Below, in pieces: positions 26,243-37,195 of a stretch of 64,000 bases of DNA. A program made the translations under genes and the position numbers. The notes below the pieces were generated by a model, which was not told the origin of the DNA, did not search any database, and worked only from the letters and a program-made list of their open reading frames with translations. The stretch covers positions 40,300,001-40,364,000 of the forward strand of contig OX597824.1 of the NCBI GenBank assembly GCA_951406725.2, read 5' to 3'. This DNA comes from Octopus vulgaris (Eukaryota). How positions within the stretch are numbered: the first letter of the stretch is position 1; each line of letters starts with the position of its first letter.

Positions 26243-26541
26243 CTTTCCTGTTACCAATGCTCACCAGTTTGTAAGAATGGTAATATTCCATCATGACTGG
26301 AAATGGTTTTACAGAAGACTGGAAATGAGCAACACCACTATGATGGTGATATTTGTTTACAGCCATCACACAATGTCAAAACAAGAACACACACACACAA
26401 ACAAACAAACAAGTTCATACACAAACATGCACACACACATGCATATATCATCATTGCTTAAACATCCACAATTCCATGCTTGCATGACTCACATGGAATT
26501 TATTGAAGAAGATTTTCTACAGCCAGATGCTCCACCTGTTG

Positions 26542-26775
26542 GAAGGCAGTGAACTGGCAGAAATGTTAGCACGCCAGGCGAAATGCTTAGTGGTATTTCC
26601 TCTGCCGCTACATTCTGAGTTCAAGTTCTGCCAAGGTCGACTTTGCCTTTCATGCTTTCAGGGTCAATTAAATAAGTACCAGTTACACACTGGGGTCGAT
26701 ATAATCGACTTAATCCGTTTGTCTGTCCTTGTTTGTCCCCTGTGTGTGTAGCCCCTTGTGGACAGTAAAGAAATA
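26542..26775 (+). mobile_element. SINE family B, full length, 17-bp target-site duplication
   Basis: AGATGCTCCACCTGTTG at 26525-26541 and 26776-26792. Confidence 0.92.
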
Positions 26776-26986
26776 AGATGCTCCACCTGTTGCCAACCCT
26801 CACCTATTTCCAGGTGAGGTAATATTTCCCCATGGCCAGACATGGTTTCACTGTTGACTAGAAGCAAACGACACCACTTGTATAATGCTGTTTCTCATTT
26901 ACGACTAATATTCAGAGTTGAAACAAGGATATATTAACTCTCCCCCATTGCATACATACACATATACACACACACAGCAACAATAT

Positions 26987-27164
26987 CACTGAAAATTTAA
27001 CAAGCTGATGAAATCAAGGAGCTAGTAAAAAACCAACCATACAACCATAGAGGGGGAAAGGTGCAAATGAATTTGCAGATATACTCATTTGCATCTTTCA
27101 CTCTCAATGGTAGGTTGGCATTTTACTCACTCCTTGATTTCATCAGCTTGTTAAATTTTCAGTG
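26987..27164. repeat. Fold-back palindrome (~85-bp arms, 35-bp perfect outer stem)
   Basis: CACTGAAAATTTAACAAGCTGATGAAATCAAGGAG and its exact reverse complement at 27130-27164; inner arms partly paired. Confidence 0.85.
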
Positions 27165-28124
27165 GGTTATTTGAGTATTTTTCGACTCATATTCCAGCAA
27201 CACTGGTACTGTCTTGTAACCTTAATTATAAATTTATATACCCATGCTAGCATGGAAAGCAGACGCTAAACGATGATGATGATACATATATATATATATT
27301 AAGGGAAAGTTTACGAAAATAAACAAAAGACGAAGGCAGGTGGAGTACAAACAAACAAATGTATTAGTATAGCGCTCAGGAATAGAAAAAAGTCTTTTAT
27401 GTTTTGAGCCTACCCTCTTCGACAGAAAGATACACAGAAAAAAACAAGGAGAGAAACAAGGAGAGAAAAAATGAGAGAAAAAAAGGAGAGAAACAAGGAG
27501 AGAAAAAAATGCGTGTAGGAGCTAACGATCTATATACAGTAATCCTTCACCATATTGCGGTTTACCTATCTCGCTCTCAGAACATCGTTGTTCTCAGTAC
27601 ATCATGGAATTTTCTGGCTAATACTTGTAAATTTATATTGGGACTCCTCAGTATATCACAGGTTTCTCTGGCTGACAGGTATTTATATCTTTTTAGATAT
27701 TAATTATTTCTATGGGAGGTTTTGGAACATAACATCCGCAATAGTCGAGGGATTACTGTATATATATATATATATATATATATTCATCAATGTATCATAT
27801 ATCCATAAAAGAAGCACACTCTAAAGCATAGAACAGTAATGTATTTATATGCAATTAAGTCTGTCTGGTCATAGACTTAACTGCATATAAAACACACACA
27901 CTTACAGATAAATGTAAGGACTGTGTAAGACGGATTTTTTTGTATATAAACATATATAGATTTTTTGTGTTTCATGTATTTAATATATTTTGTATATTGA
28001 GCTGCCTAACTCGCTTATCTTTACATTTACTTCTCTATTTGCTCAAGTTTAAATCCCTTGAGCACTACTAAATATATTTTATACAGAGAATATCTGATTC
28101 TCTTCTATGAACTATATATATATA

Positions 28125-30014
28125 TCATCATCATCGTTTAACATCTGCTTTCCATGCTAGCATGGGTTGGATGATTTGACTGAGGTCTGGCGAACCAGAT
28201 GGCTGCACCAGACTCCAATTTGATCTTGCAGAGTTTCTACAGCTGGATGCCCTTCCAAACGCCAACCACTCCGAGAGTGTAGTGGGTGCTTTTACGTGCC
28301 ACCAGCATGGGAGCCAGTCAGGTGGTACTGGCATCAACCACGCTCAAATGGTGCTTTTTATGTGCCACCAGCATGGATGCTAGTAAGGCAACAGTGGCAT
28401 GGGTGACACAAAAATGGTACATTTTAAGTGTAACCAGCACGAGTGCCAGGCAGGTGGCACTGGCATCAGCCATGCTCAATTGGTGTACTTTACATGCCAC
28501 TGGCTCAACAGGTCTTCTCATGCACAGCATATTGCCTGATGATTGAAGGCTACTTTTAAATGGGCCAATTATGCAACACTGGCATTGGCCACAGCTACAA
28601 TCTCACTTGGCTTGCTGGGTCTTCTCAAGCACAGCATATCTCCAAAGGACTTGGTTGCATGTCATTGCCTCGGTAAGGCCCAATGTTTGAAGGTTGTGCT
28701 TCACCACCTCAACCCATATCTTCCTGGGTCTACCTCTTCCACAAGCTCCCTCCACTGTTAGGGTGTGACACTTCTTCACACAGCTGTCTTCATCCATATG
28801 CAACACACAACACATGGCCATACCAATACAGTCATCTCTCTTGCACACCACATCTGATGCTTCTTATGCCCAACTTTTCTCTCAGGGCACTTACACTCTG
28901 TCGTGTATGCACATTGACATTACACATCCAGCAGAGCATACTAGCTTCATTTCTTTCAAACTTTCACCTGTCCTCAGCAATCACATGATTCACTGCCATG
29001 TAGCATGGTTGTTCACACACAGGGATTATACAGTTTACCTTTCACTCTGAGCAAGAGGTTCTTTGTCACCAGCAGAGGTAGGAGCTGTCTGAACCTTGCC
29101 CAGGCTATTCTTATTCTAGCAGCTACACTCTCAGAGCATCCACCCCTGCTACTGACATGGTCACCTAGGTGACGGAAGCTATCAACTACTTCTAGTTCTT
29201 CCCCCTGGCAAGTGATGGAATCTGTTTTCTGTACATCTTTGGTGTTTATTGCCCCTGTGCATCTGCCACACACAAAAACTATCCTCTCAGTTAACCTTCC
29301 TTTGATATTGCTGCACCTCTTATGTGTCCATAGCTTACACCTGGTACATCTTATGGAATTTCTACTTATGCCTTTTCTACAGATCAAGCAGGGCCATCTA
29401 CCTGAAGGGATTTGTGATCTGTCTGCCTTTCTACTTACTAAGACTTTGGTTTTTGCTAGATTGACTGTAAGGCCTTCGATTCTAGACCTTGCTTCCACAC
29501 CTGAAACTTCTTCTCTAGTTCTGGTAGTTACTCAGCTAATAGAGCAAGGTCATCAGCATAGAGGAGCTCCCAAAGGCAGCCTGTCTTGAATTCATCTGTA
29601 ATTGCCTGGAGAACTATGATGAAGAAGAGGGTGCTGAGGACTGATCCTTGGTGAACCCCTACTTCTACCTGGAATTCTTCACTGTACTCATTGCCAACCC
29701 TCACCTTACTGACAGCATCTCTGTACATGGCTTGTACAGCTCTTAGTAGCCACTCATCTATCTCTGGTTTCCGCATTAACCACCAGATAAGGGATCGGGG
29801 GACTCTGTCAAAGGCTTTCTCCATGTCAATGAAAGCTAAGTACAGAGGTTTATTTTTGGCTAGGAATTTCTCCTACAGCTGTCTTACCAGAAATATAGCA
29901 TCAGTGGTGTTTCTCCCTGGTACAAATCCGGACTGCATCTTGTCTAAACTAACTCTCTCCCTAACTAGTTGGGCTTTGACCCTCTCCATAACTTTCATCA
30001 CCTGATCCAACAAT
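28125..30014 (-). mobile_element. 5'-truncated RTE-clade LINE (RT, PHD-like finger, 3' UTR minisatellite, (GAT)n tail), degenerate
   Basis: Minus-strand fragments FIDMEKAFDRVPR..GVHQGSVLS..LLYADDLAL (RT), CLICRKG..CTRCKLWTHKRC..CGRC, and GRGRPRKIW; tail TAAACGATGATGAT. Confidence 0.93.
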
Positions 30015-30799
30015 ATATAGATACACACAATGGGCTTCTTTCAAATTTACAAAGCTAGGGGCTATAGTAAAGGCACCAGCCCAGGGTGCCATGATGCTAT
30101 ACAGTGAGACTGAACCTGAAACCATGTGGCTGAGAAGTAAACTTCTTAACCACAAAGCCATCACAAAAATAATCTGAAGAAAATAAAGCTCTATCAATTA
30201 TGTTTTTTCCTAATAAAAATGTGTGTGATAATCTATGCAGTTTAATAAGCCTGTATCTTATATAGGTCTGTCACAAGCCTAAAGGCTCATTAGGCCGCAC
30301 CTTATCCTAGTTTCTATGGGCATATATGCAATTATGAGAGTTACTGACCTGCCTTCCATGAATAAGATGCCAGTCCTTTACAGGGTTAACTCTCAGTTGC
30401 TGCTGCTACTCATTCTCAACTGAGTCAACTGGAGCAATGAGAAGTAAAGTGTTTTGCCCAAGGACACAATGTTCCTCCCAGACCAGGTATCAAAGTCATA
30501 ATTGACCTTATGATTGACAGCCCAATTTCCAAACCTCAAGGCCACACTTTTTACAGCCATATATTATACACCCCCTACCCCACAGTTTAACAATTGTTTT
30601 AGTATTAAAAAATGTGTATATTATACATGGAGATTTACAGATGACATCCAAAAGTATGTTGCATGTAAAAAATTCTGATTTCAGTCTTTGTTGAGCACAG
30701 ACTGTCAGACCTAAAATTCCAGCTATTTTAACAGAGTTCATCGGGCCTTTAAGCTGAGTTCAGTAAGTGATAAACATGACCTCAATATTACCAGCCTGG

Positions 30800-31013
30800 A
30801 AGGCAGTGAGCTGATAGAATTGTTAGCACATCAAGCAAAATGTTTAGTGGCATTTCATTCATCTTTATGTTCTGAGTTCAAATTCCACCCAGGTTGATTT
30901 TTGCCTTTCAACCTTTCAGAGTCAATAAAATAAGTAGCAGTTGAGCACTGGGGGTCAGTGTAATCAACTTACCCCTTCCCCCGAAATTGCTGGCCTTGTG
31001 CCAAAATTTGAAA
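30800..31013 (+). mobile_element. SINE family B with 18-bp target-site duplication
   Basis: TCAATATTACCAGCCTGG at 30782-30799 and 31014-31031. Confidence 0.88.
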
Positions 31014-31716
31014 TCAATATTACCAGCCTGGGAGAGCTCATAGAAGCTATGGCAAATACCCCATCTCCTTTGGCTCTCTTATGTACATATTACCATTCAT
31101 GAAAGTCAAACAGGATATCAGACAGCCAAAGGAGAGATTAGTAGTTTATATCTATTCAATTTACTCTCATGGTTCTGTCCAGCTAGCTGCAAGCAGAGAC
31201 CATAAGATAGTAAAAGCTCCCTACTACATAGGTAGAAGCGTCATAGAATTGATGTGGTGATTTGTTGGTATGCTGTGAACCTTCCCACCAAAGGGAAAGT
31301 TACCTACAATTCATTAGTAGTCTATCCAAAAGAAGACCTCTCATCCACTTTAAGTTATGCATGTGTGTTTGTGTATGTGTGCATGTAATGTGCAACAATA
31401 TATTGCATATTTTCACACATGTGAAAGTGTACATATACACGGAAAGACGCACACAGACACATATACACACACATGAGTACCCTTATGAAAATACAATGAC
31501 AGTCACTTGCTTTAATATTAGTCATAGATAGATATATAGATAAATAGATAAATAAATAGATAGATAGATAAACAGAAAGGAAGGGGGAGGAAAGAGACAG
31601 AGTGGGAGTGTTGGATAATAGATCTGTTTTTTCTCTCTCTGCAGAATGCTATAACGGGGAAATAGAAGAGAAATTAGAAGATAAGAGAACAAGGGGAGCA
31701 ACTGTGTGATTGCGTG

Positions 31717-31724
31717 TGACGTCA
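31717..31724. promoter_or_regulatory. Perfect CRE palindrome TGACGTCA about 30 nt upstream of the PLEKHD1-like ATG
   Basis: Exact CREB/ATF consensus at the start of a CpG-retaining, TE-poor region; function not demonstrated. Confidence 0.35.
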
Positions 31725-31753
31725 GCCGCTATGGTCTGTAAAGTATCGCTCGA

Positions 31754-31941
31754 ATGGCCTGTGTTTTCCCTTGCTGTTGCGGGCGTTATGTTTACAGAGA
31801 ACATGTGAACAGCGCTATGAACGGCATGCCTGAAGCCGATCCACTTACTTTTAAGCCACCAGACTGGAAAAATTATGTCCAACACTTTGGATGCCTTTAC
31901 AAAAGGCCCGTAGGGCACCAGTCGACCAAGTGGTCGAAAAG
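31754..31941 (+). CDS. PLEKHD1: First coding exon of a PLEKHD1-like pleckstrin-homology-domain protein
   Basis: MACVFPCCCGRY..KNYVQHFGCLYKRPVGHQSTKWSK(R) resembles the start of the PLEKHD1 PH domain as I recall it ([23 protein letters not shown]); in-frame stops upstream; donor AG|GTAAGG at 31941/31942. Possible acceptor TTTTTTCTCTCTCTGCAG ending at 31644. Confidence 0.8.
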
Positions 31942-34900
31942 GTAAGGTTGTTTAATTACGTTATATTGTCGTGTTCTTTTTATTTTGTTCTAGTTCTTTT
32001 CATACTCGGTCATGTCGCCACTTTTTTAAAGTGGCTTCTTTTCTTTTCTGCCTTGTCAAAAAATATAGACTTGCCTCTACTACCACCACCACGTCCGTTA
32101 TAATTAGACTTCTATAGAGGGGCCCTTCTCTCTCTCTCGTTTGTATTAGTCTTATTTTTTCTCATATATATATCTATATATATATATAGATATAGATATA
32201 TATATATATCTTATCTAATTATTGCGGTAAGAATGAAATATAAATTAAAGCAGGATAAAAGGAAAGGCTGCTTTACTGTACTATTACTTTTAACTAAATT
32301 AAAAAATGCTTTCGAGAGAATTAGAAGGAAAAAGAAAACTTTTTTAGCCACCGAAGTTTTCCATTTTCCACCTCCTTGCCTCATTCACCGACTTTATCTC
32401 ACGTAACTTTTCACCATTGTCTATGATAACACTGCTGTTATTATTTTAATTTATTATTATTGTATTTCCTGTCTACTTATACTTTTTCTCTATCGGTATT
32501 TGTCTCAGCTTATTATTATTGTTATGTCAGTCAGAACCTGTTCATACAATCCTCTCCAACTGATTATTGCTAAGGTAGATATCAGCAACCTGACTGCTTC
32601 CGACCAAACAAACCACTCGACATTCCGACCACCCACTTGCAGCAATTACGTTATAGCCTTTCGCATTTATTACTTTTTCTTTTCTTTCACTTTTTTCGTC
32701 TTTCTTTTTATTGTTTGCCACTATTTTTGTAGTTCTTCTTCTCCCTTTCCTTCTTTTTTTCTTTTCCTTTTTGCTCTGCTCTCTCTTCTCTTTCTTCTTC
32801 ATTCTTTCCCCTCTTCTTCTTCACTGACCTTACAACTTCCAACACCTCTGTTTGTCAATGTTTATGTTTACAACAGTTGCATAAAATAAAAGCCGCTTGC
32901 ATTTCTAATTCTCTTTTGCTGCAGCTCTCTCACTCTATCTTCTCCGACACTAAATTGAGATCACCTTAAATGTACAGATATGTATTTTCTTTCCATGACA
33001 CAGATAAACATCACTACTTCCCTCGGATTCTACGGTTTTACTGTATAAATAACTCTTGCTTATATTTTCGCGACTAATTAAAGAAACCGCATATTCTTTA
33101 GATAAGCTTATATTGTTGCTGTTTAACCCCAAGTATACTATGATCAGACGTGACAGTTCTGTCTTTTTATTATTATCCAATGTATCGTTTTATTTTAAGA
33201 CGGTAGACTGTGATTTGAAGAGAGATTGGACTTCTTCCCTACGTTAGGGTTTCCTCGTTGGGTCAAGGTGCCAAAAGGTCGACTCGTTCCGTCCTTCACA
33301 TTCCCGAGATCAAATATCACTAACGGTTGTGACCTTTCTTTTTATTATTTTTTTCTCTGGAAATTCATACAATTAATACCCTTAATAAAATAATAGTAAA
33401 TCTCTTTAGAAAGCCGTGAACGTCACACTTCCAATTCTTTCCCGCAAAACAGTTTTTATACAGACCCTCCCCAATGAAAAAAAAAATATTTATATATATT
33501 AGCCCTATAAGTTCAGAGTTCAAATATCAACGATATCGACTTCGATTTTATCCTTCATGGGTTCCATAAAATATTACCCATCATATATATACATATAGTT
33601 TTAAGCCTATCGAATGACAAAAAAAAAAAATAAATAAACGAAATCCTTCTATAAAGCAATAATGCGTCAAGAAAGTTGCCTCTTCAAGATCACTCAATCT
33701 AGTAGAAATAGCAACCAAATCTCCCTCAAAGCGCACTCTGCTGTGTTAAAAATATATAGGTAATCTATAGTCGGGATGGTCATAGCTGCATCATAGGTCG
33801 GCTCGATCAGGTTTGACCTAGGGCTAAACAATAACATGATTAGAAATAGATCGATATTAGTATTGTAGTTTGTTTACGACGTAGGTAAACCAAACTGTTA
33901 ATTATTTTAATCTCTTTCATTCTTTTCTTTTAATCAGCAATCAATCATTATTTATATATTTTGTTAATCCTTATTTTTCTGATAATATAACAATCTGATT
34001 GTAAACTAATCTTCATTTGAAAATTGTGAATGTCATGAAACCGTGTGTTGAAAACACAACAATAGTGTGAATGTGTGTGTGTACAGAAGACATATATATA
34101 TTAAATGTGTATACCCGAACGTAAGCACACCCACTCACATCTGTCTCTTTATTTGTATGTGTATATATATCGTCAGTAGTTTATATATCCGAAAAAGAAG
34201 CACACTCTAAAACGTTAGAGCAGTAAAACTAACCTTCTACACACACACACACATACACACGTATCTATTCATCTGTATACACACATACATATGCATATAA
34301 ACTCAGTACACACGCCTATCTATGTAACTCCGTGTGCGGGTGTATGATAGAGATGTTGATATATAATCACATATATATGTGGTATACAATCACATATAAT
34401 ACATGTGTATACCCGAACGTGTGCACATAGGCAAGTAGCTATATAACGCACACCTGTAGGAACACCTCAGCTGTAAAATATACTTAAACTCTTTAAAAAC
34501 CTGCCGTTTACGAAGTGCGTTTCTATATTTCGTCTCACCAATTCTCCGAGAAAAAAGAAAATAATAAAAGCGTTACATTGGTGATCGATATTAAAACCGA
34601 ATTTGATTGCGGTACTTCCGACTGGTACCTGTAAAATTCCTCCTCCTATCGATTTTCTTCTCAATCAATATCATCTTACTTTGTAATACGACGTAGTGAG
34701 AGAAGATACTAGTAAGCTTGTCATGTTTATTTGATATTTCTCCTATATTTATTTATATTCCAATGTTTGTATCTATTTGACACTGAACGACATGATCGAT
34801 GGCAAGGTTTCGAACCCTTGTTTACTTAATTTGTCTAATCACAGCTGATGAAAAACTTCAATTAAATTACTAACGAACTATCGATGAAGCCGCAGCAAAA

Positions 34901-36599
34901 TTTCAAGCATTCGTTGAGTGCCGTCTGTCTTATTGTTTATTCTTGCCGTGACCATCTCTCTAGAGTGGATATGTTATGTTAATTGCCTTTCCTAAACCGC
35001 TAGGACTACGTTGCTCTTAACTAATAGTGTTAAGGAGATGAGTGATAATCTTCCGCTTTCAATCAGATGCTGGTCTTGTGTTAGATGTTAGCCAGGTAAA
35101 CTGAGGCATCGTAGAATAAGATGTTCTACCCAGAGATACAAAGGAATATCGGCAGTACACATTTTCAGCCTTTAGCCAATTAGTAAATGATCATTAGCAA
35201 GTAATTATGTATGTACTTAATGATGTTCTTATCATTCTTTTGGCATGTACTATGAAGTCTCTTCTTCGCTGAGAAGGTCTAATCATATGGAAATATGTCT
35301 GGAGTTATCTTCCGCAGTTAAAACTTTTTCTTAAAAAATGACTGAATTTTCCACCCTCCTTGTTAACACGTCTAATGCTCCCTTATTAAATATGTTAACA
35401 CTAACTCATTTAGGACTGCTTGACCATTTTGCATCTGCTTCGAGATCGGATGGATGCATGTTATTGGTTTGGCACCAGCAACTCAAATATAAAGAAATTC
35501 CGTTTCCAAAATTACGCGAATCGCCATATATTCACTCAGTACCGTCTCTTCATATTCGTCAAAGATGGTTACTATTTAGAATGTTTATTTAGTTTATTAT
35601 TCGGGTGTTTTGATTCTCTCTCTCATTCACTTAATTTCTCTCTCTCACACACACACACACAAACTACCTACCCTAACCATAGAAAATCCACAGATAGTTA
35701 ATATTCCGTTTATAGCTAATTAAATGCAGCAAACTCTAATGAAAGTGATTTTAATTGAATAAAATACTCGGTCCGTTTTATCATCTCATGAATGATAAAA
35801 AGAAAATTGTGCATATGTTGTTATACATGAAAACAAACCTGAGAAGATTGATGTTCAATTTCATGTGCAGACAGTTAAACTTACAAACATTTTTACTCGT
35901 TAGTTGGCTAATAAAACAACCTGTTAATGTTTCTACAAAATACAGATATAGTGAAAGTATCAATTATAGCCATGTTCGCTCTTAAATTTTCTTTATGGGT
36001 GTTCGCCGAAGTTTTCCTGTGTGCAAATTTCGTCTTTTTTCGCACAGTATATCGTCTTCAATAAAAAAAAATAATTAAAAAAATTCGATTTCATATTGGA
36101 AACTTTGTACACAGTTTCTTATCCTTTGAACACTTGTAAAATGTGCGCGCGCACAAGCACACAGCTCAAAAGGAAAGATTTCTTGGTCAGTGTTTCTACG
36201 AAGTTCAGGTATTAGGTGCTGTACTGAAAGCTCCATAACAGCTAATTGCCTTTGATGTGCCGGTCAGTTGAGCTGAGGTTGAGGTACACTACTATTTATA
36301 TCAATAAATGTTTGTGTGTCGTGAACTACACACACACACATCACAGTTGTGCAGCGCATGTATTTTTACAAACGTACTTTTTTTTTTAAAGTATTGATGT
36401 ATTGAAACAGTTGTATAATTGCAAGGTATTGTACATAAAGTGATACCTGCCATATCACATGTAACTTTGAGAGTATGCTTTTGCTACCATCTGTAATTTG
36501 ATAAAATTACCTTTGGTAGTTTGATAAAAAGAAATTATAATCATGGTATGGCTGCCATATTTCCTGATATTACCCATGGTGGCAAGAGTGTATTAATAT

Positions 36600-37195
36600 T
36601 CTTTTCTACTCTAGGCACAAGGCCCAAAATTTTGGGGGAGGGGCCAGTCGATTAGATCGACCCCAGTACGCAACTGATACGTTTTTTTATCGACCTTGGC
36701 GGAATTTGAACTCAGAACGTAAAGACAGACGAAATACCGCTAAACATTTCGCCTGACGTGCTAACGTTTCTTATTTCTTTACTGTTCACAAGGGGCTACA
36801 CAAGGGACAAACAAACGGATTAAGTCGATTATATCGACCCCAGTGTGTAACTTGTACTTATTTAATCGACCCTGAAAGGATGAAAAGCAAAGTCGACTTC
36901 GGCGGAATTTGAACTCAGAACGTGCTAACGTTTCTGCCAGATCGACGCCTTAAAGAGTGTGTTAATATTATTGTAGCAATTAAGGCGGCGATCCGGCAGA
37001 ATCGTTAGCAGGCAGACAAAATGTTTAGCAGCAGTTCATCCGTCTTTGTGTTCTGAGTTCAAATTCCGTCATGGTCGACTTGGCCTTTCATCTTTTCGAG
37101 GTCTATAAAATAAGTACCAGTTAAGTCCTTGCAGTCGATGTAATCGACTCAATCCCTTCATCGAAATTGCTGGTCCTGTGCCAAAACTTGAAACC
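36600..37195. mobile_element. Divergent pair of CpG-rich SINE family B copies (minus 36600-36953, plus 36981-37195)
   Basis: Approximate TSDs AAGAGTGT(A/G)TTAATATT and AATATTATTGTAG(C/T)AATTAA flank each insertion. Confidence 0.82.

Noticed and set aside
35420-35701. RLFIFVKDGYYL as possible PLEKHD1 exon 2
   Set aside because: Superficial resemblance only; no phase-compatible AG acceptor before it and the following residues do not continue the PH domain.
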